Shown: positions 8,862 through 16,310 of the stretch, piece by piece
How positions within the stretch are numbered: the stretch's first letter is position 1
Layout of the letters: each line of letters opens with the position of its first letter
From: an uncultured Methanosarcinales archaeon
GTDB taxonomy: Archaea; Nanobdellota; Nanobdellia; Woesearchaeales; ARS49
Assembly: GCA_964497645.1 (NCBI GenBank)
Contig: CAZCCU010000004.1
Location: 15,525 to 47,524, forward strand
Direction: 5' to 3'
Length of the DNA: 32,000 nucleotides
Position numbers and translations under genes: made by a program
Notes under the pieces: model-generated
Told to the model about the DNA's origin: nothing
Database searches by the model: none
The model's input: only the letters and a program-made list of their open reading frames with translations

Positions 8862-9642
8862 CTTTCGCGTCGATGCAGATTCTGTATCTTCTGACGCCCA
8901 CTTGTTGTGTTTTGACGACATTCAGTATTTTGCATGATTTCAGTTTTCTTGCTGGTTCTGATAGGTCTTCTTCTGGTGCGAAGTCATAGATGTGGATTAT
9001 GGTTCCTTTTTTTGCGAATCTTAAGAGTGTTGGAAAGAGTTTGACGCCTTCGTGCGGTATGGCTGAGATTATTCTGTCAAATTTTCCTAGTTTGGCTTTT
9101 CTGATGTCGCCTTTGATTAGGGCGACATTTTTGACTTTGTTGAGTTTGATATTTTCCTGCGCATATTTATGCGCAATTGGATTGGCTTCCACGCCTGTTA
9201 TCTCTTTCGCTTTCGAATATTTTGCCAGGATGAGCGGGTATGGCGCTATGCCTGATCCTGCGACCAGGATTTTTTCTCCTTTTTTGGCTTGTTGCGCAAT
9301 GCGCAGTCTTTCTGAGCCGAGTCTGGGCGAATAGTAGCATTTCGCCACATTGAGTTTGAGTAAAACTCCGCTTTCCTTGTGTGTCGTCTCAAGGCTTTTT
9401 TCTCCTGCGATGATTTTGAGTTCTTGTGTGCGGTATTTTCCTTTATGCTCGCCTATCTCTGCCGCTACTGTTTTCACGTTTTTGAGGAGTTTGAGGATTG
9501 CGTTGCCTATGATTTTTTGTTTTTTCCAGAGTTCTGGAGGGATCTCAATGATCGCTATGTCTCCTATGATGTCAAAGCTGGTTTTGAGCGTTTGCATTTC
9601 TTTGGCAGAAAGTTTGCCTTTAAGGGCTTCGCGCAGGTTCAT
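8845..9642 (-). CDS. trm5: tRNA (guanine37-N1)-methyltransferase, Trm5/Taw22 family
   Basis: FDIIGDIAIIEIP, YYSPRLGSER and the SAM motif ILVAGSGIAPYP. ATGA overlap with fen. Confidence 0.75.
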   Translation of the reverse strand: MNLREALKGKLSAKEMQTLKTSFDIIGDIAIIEIPPELWKKQKIIGNAILKLLKNVKTVAAEIGEHKGKYRTQELKIIAGEKSLETTHKESGVLLKLNVAKCYYSPRLGSERLRIAQQAKKGEKILVAGSGIAPYPLILAKYSKAKEITGVEANPIAHKYAQENIKLNKVKNVALIKGDIRKAKLGKFDRIISAIPHEGVKLFPTLLRFAKKGTIIHIYDFAPEEDLSEPARKLKSCKILNVVKTQQVGVRRYRICIDAKVTRTS

Positions 9643-10652
9643 CCGAATTCTCCGAGGCCTTTTTGCTGTTTGGCTGGCGCGATGGCGTCGAGGGTTTTGT
9701 CTACGCGTTCTGGTGAGAAATCGTGCTGTTCGACGAGCAAATGGTAAACTTTTTTCCTGTCAACAGGCTTCCATGTTAGTTCATAATCATTTGTTACTGG
9801 AATTTTTTTGAAGACTTCGAGGACTTCTTTCCAGTCTGCGTCTGGTATTGGCTGGTGTGAGAATAGGGATTCTGCTGTTTTGTGCTCTTTGACGAGCGCG
9901 AGTCCTTTTTTTGGTCCTATACCTTTTACTCCTCCTGGCGCGTAGTCTGTGCCGATGAGCATGGCTAGCCAGATTAATTGGTCTTGGTTGAGGCTTAGTG
10001 CTTTTAGGTTTTCCTCGAGATCAATGAGTTGTGGTTCGACTGTCGTGTACGCTAGTTTTCCCGGGATTTTTCTTCTTCCTTCGACCGAGAGATTTTGTAT
10101 TAAGCGTGGTGCTCCATGCAGCAGGCTGTCATAGTCTTGTGAGGCGACTGCCCAGCCGTGTCCTTGTTTTACCATGTAAGCGGCCTGTGCTTCTCCTTCG
10201 CTGGGCGCTTGGATGCATGGAATGCCGAGAGCGGTGAGGATTTCTTTTGCTTGTGCTACCATGTCTTTGGTTAATCGGGATGTTCTTGCCGCGTATTTTT
10301 GCATTCCGGCAGTATCTTCTATGGCAAGTGCTTCTTCGTACTTTTTTTGTGCTTCTTGTTTTAGCTCGGCTCTTTTTGCCAGTTCTTTGTGTTTGAGTTT
10401 TGGCGCTTCTCCGTCAAAGACGAATGCTAGCTTGATGTTTCTTTGCATGAGGTTTGTAACGCGGGAGAATAGGCCTATTAGGTGGCTTGTGACGTGTCCG
10501 TGGTGGTCTGTGAACAAACTTCCATCTCTTGCTCTGATGTTGCTTAGGAATTGGTAGAGCATATTGTAGCCGTCTACGATGAGTGTTTTGCCTGAGAGTT
10601 TTTCTAGCTCGGTTGGGTGTTTGATGATTATCTCTTTGAAATTGACTCCCAT
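9639..10652 (-). CDS. fen: Flap endonuclease 1
   Basis: MGVNFKEII...LIVDGYNMLYQFL N-domain, I-domain acidic residues, H3TH GTDYAPGGVKGIGPKK and a C-terminal PIP-like QQKGLGEF. Confidence 0.93.
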   Translation of the reverse strand: MGVNFKEIIIKHPTELEKLSGKTLIVDGYNMLYQFLSNIRARDGSLFTDHHGHVTSHLIGLFSRVTNLMQRNIKLAFVFDGEAPKLKHKELAKRAELKQEAQKKYEEALAIEDTAGMQKYAARTSRLTKDMVAQAKEILTALGIPCIQAPSEGEAQAAYMVKQGHGWAVASQDYDSLLHGAPRLIQNLSVEGRRKIPGKLAYTTVEPQLIDLEENLKALSLNQDQLIWLAMLIGTDYAPGGVKGIGPKKGLALVKEHKTAESLFSHQPIPDADWKEVLEVFKKIPVTNDYELTWKPVDRKKVYHLLVEQHDFSPERVDKTLDAIAPAKQQKGLGEFG

Positions 10653-10654
10653 GT

Positions 10655-11563
10655 TTAGACCTTCTTGACGGTGATGCCTTTGAGCTGGCCGAGAATCGCA
10701 TGTGCTTGTTTGGTTAGTTCACCGTCTGTCAGCAGGATGACTGGCAATTTTTTGATTTGTCCTTGGACGTATGCCGCGCTGATGTCCGAGTCTGTGATTT
10801 TTTTCTTGCTTCGCGCTTTGCAGTAGTATGTGAGCTTTCCTACTGGCGAGGGTACTTCCAGTGTTAAGTCAAAGTCTGTTTTTTTCTTGATTGTTGTTTT
10901 ATCTAGCAGGGCAATGTTGTTTTGCGTAAAGAATGTGTGGAGTTTGTCCCAGAAGTCTCCGGTTGGTTCTGAGGTTGGTTTTGGTGTTAGTGTTTCTTGA
11001 ATGGGTTTTTGCTCAAGTCTGGGTTTTTCTTCAATTGGTTTTGGTTCTTGTGCTTTTGGTTTTTCTGGCGGTATTTGTTTTGGTTGCTCGTTAATTTTTT
11101 GTTCTGTTTGTTTTATTTCTTGTTTTGGCTCTATTTTTTGTCTTATGCGGTCTTCTGCATCTTTATCTGTAAGTGCGAACCATTTCCAGAATGTTTCTTG
11201 TTTGCCTTCATATGTGACAATGAGGGGTTTGGCGAAGTCCTTGACTGTCGAGAGGCTGACTCTGGTGAGCGCGTCTGATTCTGTTTCTCTGATGATTTTT
11301 TCTTCCTGTAATCTGATGACTGTTCGCCGGTCTTTTTCATTTAGGCTTTGCAGGTGGTTGAGTAGTTGCTCTTCTTTTCCTGGTATTAGGTATAGTGGGC
11401 TTCCTCCTACTTTTAGCGCTGAGGTTTTAAGAAGTCCTTTTGAGCACATTTCTGAGAGCATTGCGCCTGCCATGATGCTGTTCGTGCTTAGTGCTTTGGC
11501 GACTGTGCTTGGGAGTAATGGCTGTGCTTGTGCCAGTGAGAGTATTTTGTCCCGGTATTCCAT
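10655..11563 (-). CDS. Uncharacterised protein: N-terminal winged-helix region, Pro/Glu/Lys-rich linker and a C-terminal restriction-endonuclease-like (Mrr-type) domain
   Basis: wHTH-like N-terminus (LPSTVAKALSTNSIMAGAMLSEMCSKGLLK). Low-complexity stretch KQIPPEKPKAQEPKPIEEKPRLEQKP. C-terminal DFDLTLEV..GKLTYYCKARSKKKITDSDI..VILLTDGELTKQA resembles a PD-(D/E)xK core. It lies 2 nt upstream of fen. Confidence 0.7.
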   Translation of the reverse strand: MEYRDKILSLAQAQPLLPSTVAKALSTNSIMAGAMLSEMCSKGLLKTSALKVGGSPLYLIPGKEEQLLNHLQSLNEKDRRTVIRLQEEKIIRETESDALTRVSLSTVKDFAKPLIVTYEGKQETFWKWFALTDKDAEDRIRQKIEPKQEIKQTEQKINEQPKQIPPEKPKAQEPKPIEEKPRLEQKPIQETLTPKPTSEPTGDFWDKLHTFFTQNNIALLDKTTIKKKTDFDLTLEVPSPVGKLTYYCKARSKKKITDSDISAAYVQGQIKKLPVILLTDGELTKQAHAILGQLKGITVKKV

Positions 11564-11586
11564 AATGAAAATTGCAGAAGTACGGG

Positions 11587-11594
11587 TTTATATA
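11587..11594 (-). promoter_or_regulatory. TATA box (minus-strand TATATAAA) for the wH/Mrr-like-fen-trm5 operon
   Basis: Its centre lies about 27 nt upstream of the ATG at 11563. Confidence 0.5.
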
Positions 11595-11597
11595 GTT

Positions 11598-12125
11598 TTA
11601 TGGGCGTAACCATCTAACTTCCCAGTAGCTTACGTCTCCTTCATCGTCAACAACTGCGATTAGCAGTCTCTTTTTTGTGCTGTGGGCTACTCGGTTTTTT
11701 GCTGCGAAGTCTTGCCACGTTAGTTTGGCTGATTCTTTTACTGGATAGACTATCCATTTGGCGTGGTCTTGTCCTGGCTTTATGCCGCGTTCATATATGC
11801 GGAAGTCTGCTCCGAACTTGAGTGCTGTTTTGATTACGTAGCCTCTGTTTCTGAAATCTTTGAAGACTGGGTAGCGCGTCCAGAAGTCGTGTTCTAAGTG
11901 TGCTGCTTTCTCGCTGAGCTTTTCTATGCTTATTTTTTTCTTTCTACCGTCGTAAGCAATGAGTTTTCCTTTTTCTGCCAGGTAGACTGATTCGAGGAAT
12001 GACAGGCGTACTCTGCCGTCTGATAAGAGGGAGCCGTAGCTGCTTTTTTCGTGCAGTTCTCTGGCTTGCTGGCTGTTTTCCGTCGTGACAACTCCTTTTG
12101 AAAGGAGTGCTTTGATTTCGTCCAT
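11598..12125 (-). CDS. endA: tRNA-splicing endonuclease
   Basis: RNRGYVIKTALKFGADFRIYERG, catalytic HAKWIV and AHSTKKRLLIAVVD. Start set at MDEIKALL (12125) from TATA spacing; the ORF track starts at 12158. Confidence 0.88.
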   Translation of the reverse strand: MDEIKALLSKGVVTTENSQQARELHEKSSYGSLLSDGRVRLSFLESVYLAEKGKLIAYDGRKKKISIEKLSEKAAHLEHDFWTRYPVFKDFRNRGYVIKTALKFGADFRIYERGIKPGQDHAKWIVYPVKESAKLTWQDFAAKNRVAHSTKKRLLIAVVDDEGDVSYWEVRWLRP

Positions 12126-12147
12126 ATCGTATGCTGCAGTATATGTG

Positions 12148-12155
12148 TTTAAAAA
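12148..12155 (-). promoter_or_regulatory. TATA box (minus-strand TTTTTAAA) for endA
   Basis: Its centre lies about 26 nt upstream of the ATG at 12125. Confidence 0.45.
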
Positions 12156-12157
12156 CA

Positions 12158-12182
12158 TTTTGAAATGCCACGCATTTCAAAA
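12158..12182. promoter_or_regulatory. Perfect palindrome or hairpin TTTTGAAATGC-CAC-GCATTTCAAAA
   Basis: An 11-bp perfect inverted repeat with a 3-nt spacer, directly distal to the endA TATA box in the divergent endA/rnz intergenic region. Confidence 0.7.
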
Positions 12183-12186
12183 CCCA

Positions 12187-12207
12187 GTCGAATCGGTTAG
12201 ATTCGAC
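12187..12207. promoter_or_regulatory. Perfect palindrome or hairpin GTCGAATC-GGTTA-GATTCGAC
   Basis: An 8-bp perfect inverted repeat with a 5-nt spacer, 4 nt after the first palindrome and about 15 nt upstream of the rnz TATA-like box. Confidence 0.7.
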
Positions 12208-12221
12208 ATGTTTGCCATAGC

Positions 12222-12229
12222 TTTATAAA
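12222..12229 (+). promoter_or_regulatory. TATA-like box (TTTATAAA) upstream of rnz
   Basis: About 26 nt upstream of the ATG at 12252. A GAGGAGG Shine-Dalgarno-like run at 12234-12240 makes the choice between leaderless and leadered ambiguous. Confidence 0.4.
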
Positions 12230-12251
12230 TGTCGAGGAGGAAATTGAACGT

Positions 12252-13142
12252 ATGCAGATTACTTTTTTGGGAACGTCGTGTATGATGCCGACGAAGGAAA
12301 GGAATCCTTCTGCGGTGTTTTTGCAGTTCAAGTCAGATGGAGTCTTGTTTGATTGTGGCGAGGGTACTCAGCGCCAGATGAAGATTGCTGGTATTCCTTT
12401 GTCTAAGGTTACGAAGATTTGTGTTTCCCATTGGCATGGTGACCATATCTTGGGTTTGCCTGGCATGTTGTTGACAATTGCGTCGCTGGAGCTTAGCAGG
12501 TCTGTTGAGATTTATGGTCCAAGGGGCAGCAAGCGGTCTTTCCAGGCTTTGTTTGGCGGCATTGAGTTCGAGACTAAGTTTAACATTAAGATTACTGAAG
12601 TTCACGAGGGCAGGTTTTTTGAGAATGAAGACTTTGCATTAGAAAGTATGCCGATGAAGCATCCTGTGCCTTGCGTGGCATTTTCATTTATTGAAAAGGA
12701 TAGGAGGAGAATCAAGGTTGACCACGTGAAAAAGCTTGGTATTCCTGAGGGTCCGTTGCTTGGCGAGTTGCAGAGGGGCAAGAGTGTTTCATTTAAAGGT
12801 AAGCAGATAACACCGGAAGAAGCAACACATTTGGTGCAGGGTAGGAAGATTGTGTTCATGACGGATACTTTGGTGAATGAGAATTGTTTCAAGATCGCAG
12901 CGAATGCGGATATTTTGATTATTGACAGCACGTATTCGAGCAAGTTGAAAGACAAAGCAATCGAGCATGGTCACCTTACTGCATTGGAAGCTGCGCAGAT
13001 TGCCAGTAAGTCCGGTGTGAAGAAGTTGGTTCTTACTCATTTCAGCGCGCGTTACAAGAATACGTTAGAATTAGAAGAAGACGCCAGGACTGCTTTTGAT
13101 AATGTTGTCAGCGCGTATGATTTCATGAGGATTACGCCGTAA
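12252..13142 (+). CDS. rnz: Ribonuclease Z (tRNA 3' endonuclease)
   Basis: Metallo-beta-lactamase motif VSHWHGDHILGLPG, FLGTS start and C-terminal LTHFSARY. Confidence 0.9.
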   Translation: MQITFLGTSCMMPTKERNPSAVFLQFKSDGVLFDCGEGTQRQMKIAGIPLSKVTKICVSHWHGDHILGLPGMLLTIASLELSRSVEIYGPRGSKRSFQALFGGIEFETKFNIKITEVHEGRFFENEDFALESMPMKHPVPCVAFSFIEKDRRRIKVDHVKKLGIPEGPLLGELQRGKSVSFKGKQITPEEATHLVQGRKIVFMTDTLVNENCFKIAANADILIIDSTYSSKLKDKAIEHGHLTALEAAQIASKSGVKKLVLTHFSARYKNTLELEEDARTAFDNVVSAYDFMRITP

Positions 13143-13163
13143 ACCATCTCAAAAGGTAGGGGT

Positions 13164-14060
13164 TTAGGAAGTTCTGAAACCTGTTGTTTTTCGCTTTTGC
13201 AATAGTTCATGAATGTGAGGTAATGCTGCCGCCATAACAATTAAGATTGCTCCAAATACCATCTTAGATGTTAATTGCTCGTTAAAGATGATAATTCCAA
13301 AAAGAATACTAAACACGATTTCGAGAAGTCCAATCAAACCACCCAAGCCCGCTTCAATGTATTTCAAACCCTTAATGATTAACCAAAAGCCAAAAATGCT
13401 CGAAATAGTATACCCTATTTGGTATAACCATACCACATCTAAGGAAGGCACATGCTGAATTTCACCCAACAGAAAGGAAATCGGCGCATTTGTAATCAAG
13501 ATAATAAGCCAGCTTAACCAGCTTAAGTAAAGGGGAGAATAAGTTCCTGATAACTTTTTGGAGAAAGAAACCTCGCCTCCGCTGGCAATCCCATTTACTA
13601 CGGCCATCAATGCCGCGATTAAAGTAAAGATAACTAATGAAAATGAGAACACAGTATACATCCCAAAACCCGCTAATATGAATGAAATAACTTTTATTTT
13701 TGTAAGTTTCTCACCTAAAAACAAGATTCCGACAACATACATAGTCAACAACATGCTTACGAAGAAAAGCAATGTCGCGGATCCTATATCCATATGAGTA
13801 AAAGCATAATATATTGGCGCTTGTGTTATCGAAGTAAAAAATAAGAACAGTGCAAGCCAGCCCCAATCCTTCCTCGATATTGGAATTATCTGTTTATCCA
13901 ATAAAAGAATAGGCAACAGGACAATCAAAATTATTAAGGCTCTGCTCCAACCTTGATAGAACGCACCGAAAGTATCCCCGAGTAATTTAGACCACACACC
14001 ATAACTGCCAAACATTAGGGCAGATATGCCGATCATAACAATTCCTTTTTTGTGGCCCAT
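13164..14060 (-). CDS. DMT-superfamily (EamA-like) transporter
   Basis: About 10 predicted TM helices in two similar halves. Hand-sampled lines look noticeably AT-rich compared with the neighbours. Confidence 0.7.
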   Translation of the reverse strand: MGHKKGIVMIGISALMFGSYGVWSKLLGDTFGAFYQGWSRALIILIVLLPILLLDKQIIPISRKDWGWLALFLFFTSITQAPIYYAFTHMDIGSATLLFFVSMLLTMYVVGILFLGEKLTKIKVISFILAGFGMYTVFSFSLVIFTLIAALMAVVNGIASGGEVSFSKKLSGTYSPLYLSWLSWLIILITNAPISFLLGEIQHVPSLDVVWLYQIGYTISSIFGFWLIIKGLKYIEAGLGGLIGLLEIVFSILFGIIIFNEQLTSKMVFGAILIVMAAALPHIHELLQKRKTTGFRTS

Positions 14061-14154
14061 TATTACGAAAAGCCGTCACTGGCTTAAATATTTAAGCATA
14101 CAAAAAACGATCAAAAAATCTTCACCTTTTTCTGCGGTTTAGATCAATATTAGT

Positions 14155-14478
14155 TCAAATTCCTATTTCAATCTTCCAATTCATTGGAATGAATGTTAAG
14201 TTGATAAGATGCTGGAAAGAGCTTTTCTTTTTCCAAGCGGACAGTTTTGATTTAATTTCTTTCACTAATGCATCTTCGTTTTTGATTTTGTGCGCGCTCA
14301 TTTGGATAAAAATCTCTATTGGTGCGATTTTTATTTTGATTTGTGAGTTGTTGGCATATACAAAGACATCTTCGATTTTTGTTGCGGTGGATACTATTTT
14401 TTGTACTTCTTTTGACAGCGCAGTGACTTCTTTTCTCTCTACTTTTTCATCATCGTAATCTATGCGAATGACTGGCAT
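14155..14478 (-). CDS. Hypothetical protein, possibly tautomerase-superfamily-like
   Basis: A 107-aa protein starting MPVIRI (Pro-1 after Met) with two beta-alpha-beta-like halves. The functional call is weak. Confidence 0.5.
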   Translation of the reverse strand: MPVIRIDYDDEKVERKEVTALSKEVQKIVSTATKIEDVFVYANNSQIKIKIAPIEIFIQMSAHKIKNEDALVKEIKSKLSAWKKKSSFQHLINLTFIPMNWKIEIGI

Positions 14479-14485
14479 GTTCTGT

Positions 14486-14704
14486 TTACTTCTTTACAGC
14501 CAGCTTGATATCTCCTGCTTTGACTGTTTTTCTTCCTGCGTGGAGTGCGAACTTGACTGCGTCTGCTGCGACTGTTTTTGCGTATTCTTCAAGGACTTCT
14601 TTTAGTGCTGTTTTTGCCTTGTCTGAAACGCGTTCTGCTCCTGCTTGTTTCATGATTTGCTCCATTGCAGCGAGCGGTATGAGCCTTTTTGAGAGTTGTA
14701 CCAT
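14486..14704 (-). CDS. Archaeal histone (HMf family)
   Basis: LIPLAAMEQIMKQAGAERVSDKAKTALKEVLEEYAKTVAADAVKFALHAGRKTVKAGDIKLAVKK is collinear with HMfB-type histones. GAGGTGG Shine-Dalgarno upstream of the ATG at 14704. Confidence 0.92.
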   Translation of the reverse strand: MVQLSKRLIPLAAMEQIMKQAGAERVSDKAKTALKEVLEEYAKTVAADAVKFALHAGRKTVKAGDIKLAVKK

Positions 14705-14840
14705 CTTAAACCACCTCAAAAAGCACAATTCAGGCTTCTTTATTTAAAATTTTCCTTTTCCGGCCTTATTTTTATTATTTCCGACGAACAAGCCCGACTG
14801 AAGGGACTTCAGAGCGCTGGGCGAGGAGTGTTTTGATAAC

Positions 14841-14848
14841 CTTTTTAT
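14841..14848 (+). promoter_or_regulatory. TATA-like box (CTTTTTAT) for hjc
   Basis: About 27 nt upstream of the ATG at 14872. Confidence 0.4.
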
Positions 14849-14871
14849 GCTGCGAAAATAATGCGTATGCA

Positions 14872-15267
14872 ATGTCCAGTAAACAAAAGGGGTCGAATGC
14901 CGAAAGAGAATTGATTCATCTTTTCTGGTCTACCAAGGAATGGACTGCTTGTCGTGTTGCCGGCAGCGGCAGTATGAAGTACCCCTCTCCTGATATTATT
15001 GCGAATAAGGACGGGATGAATCTGGCTATTGAGTGCAAGGCCACTAGCAATAATAATCAGTATTTGGAAAAGAGGGAAGTGGGTGAGTTGGTTGAGTACG
15101 CGAAGAAGGCTGGTGCGAGGCCGTTGATAGCTGTGCGTTTCAATAGGATGCCGTGGCTGTTTTTGGATCCGAAAGACTTGAAGGATTCTGGCCAGAACTG
15201 GGCGGTTACTCCAAAGCTGGCAGAGCTGAAAGGATTGTCGTTTGATGAGTTAACGAAAACTTGCTGA
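14872..15267 (+). CDS. hjc: Holliday junction resolvase Hjc
   Basis: KGSNAERELIHLF, PDIIA and the LAIECKAT catalytic PD-ExK core. Start at MSSKQKG. Confidence 0.88.
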   Translation: MSSKQKGSNAERELIHLFWSTKEWTACRVAGSGSMKYPSPDIIANKDGMNLAIECKATSNNNQYLEKREVGELVEYAKKAGARPLIAVRFNRMPWLFLDPKDLKDSGQNWAVTPKLAELKGLSFDELTKTC

Positions 15268-15283
15268 CAAAGTCTGTAAGTTC

Positions 15284-15301
15284 TCGGAACGTGAGTTCCG
15301 A
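15284..15301. promoter_or_regulatory. Palindrome TCGGAAC-GTGA-GTTCCGA between hjc and tfe
   Basis: A 7-bp perfect inverted repeat, 17 nt after the hjc stop and 4 nt before the tfe TATA box. It could be a terminator stem or an operator. Confidence 0.5.
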
Positions 15302-15305
15302 AAGG

Positions 15306-15313
15306 TTTATAAG
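15306..15313 (+). promoter_or_regulatory. TATA box (TTTATAAG) for tfe
   Basis: Its centre lies about 28 nt upstream of the ATG at 15338. Confidence 0.5.
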
Positions 15314-15337
15314 AGTGTATTTTCGGATGAGAATTGG

Positions 15338-15859
15338 ATGAAGGCTTCAAGTAAGTTGGTTGAGGAGATTGTTTCTGAGGTGGCTGGTGAGGATGTTCTT
15401 CCTCTGGTGAAGGCATTGAGAAACAAGAGTAATGTTTCTGAGTTTAAGCTTGCTGACAGCATTAGAAAGGAGATTAATTTGACTAGAAATATGCTGTACA
15501 GATTATACGACAACAACTTGGTTAGCTTCATCAGAAAAAAGGACAAGAAAAAGGGCTGGTACATTTATTATTGGACTTTTAATCAGAAGCGCGTTAAGGA
15601 TCTTGTTAGTGATATCAAGAAGAGGAAGTTGGAGCGCTTGAGTGAGCGTTTGAATCGTGAGAAGAATACCCAGTTTTATATTTGCTCGAACAAGTGTATG
15701 CGTCTTGATTTCGAGCAGAGTCATGATTTTAGTTTCAAGTGCCCTGAGTGCGGCAGTCTTTTGGACTTGGAAGACAACTCAAAATTGGTCAAGGATCTCA
15801 GAGCCGAAGTCGAGAGGCTTGAGAAAGAATTTAAGGTTTTGAGTAAAAAGAAGCGGTGA
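15338..15859 (+). CDS. tfe: Transcription factor E (TFE alpha)
   Basis: N-terminal winged helix (LTRNMLYRLYDNNLVSF..KKGWYIYYW) and a Zn-ribbon (C-x3-C ... CPECG). Confidence 0.85.
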   Translation: MKASSKLVEEIVSEVAGEDVLPLVKALRNKSNVSEFKLADSIRKEINLTRNMLYRLYDNNLVSFIRKKDKKKGWYIYYWTFNQKRVKDLVSDIKKRKLERLSERLNREKNTQFYICSNKCMRLDFEQSHDFSFKCPECGSLLDLEDNSKLVKDLRAEVERLEKEFKVLSKKKR

Positions 15860-16310
15860 ATTCTTCTATTTGTTCTGGTGTGTGTATGCCGTTTTCGCTT
15901 ACTATTTTTTGTACTGGTACCAGGTCGTGTGTTGCTGGCCTTATTGATGACCATTGCTTGCTGCTTCCGATGCAGACGAGAGGCAGTCCTTTGACTAGTT
16001 TTGTTTCTTCTGGTTTGAAGAGCGCTCCGCCATATGTGAACCCATCCGGTTCGGCTAGGATTATGTCTGGTTCTGCTGCTTTTCGGCTGTACAGTGTTGC
16101 TTCGTGGGATCCGTAGAGTGTGATGACTTTGCAGTTTTTCTTTTCCGCTATCGGCGGGAGCAGTTTCGCGAGTATTGTTTTTGGGAATAAAACATAAACA
16201 ACCCCTCCGCGGGGTATGACTTTTTCTAGATAGTAGGAAAGTGCGTATTCTGTGTTTTCTGTGCTTCTGTGTTTTGCTTGAAGAAGTGGTGAAGAAAAAA
16301 TAGAAGGCAT
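15831..16310 (-). CDS. Short eIF-2B/MtnA-family-like Rossmann-domain protein (tentative)
   Basis: A 159-aa protein from the internal ATG at 16310, which overlaps the upstream stop (TAATG). DIILAEPDGFTYGGALFK...LPLVCIGSSKQW...IVSENGIHTPEQI loosely follows the C-terminal half of the eIF2B-like fold. Confidence 0.55.
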   Translation of the reverse strand: MPSIFSSPLLQAKHRSTENTEYALSYYLEKVIPRGGVVYVLFPKTILAKLLPPIAEKKNCKVITLYGSHEATLYSRKAAEPDIILAEPDGFTYGGALFKPEETKLVKGLPLVCIGSSKQWSSIRPATHDLVPVQKIVSENGIHTPEQIEEFTASFYSKP

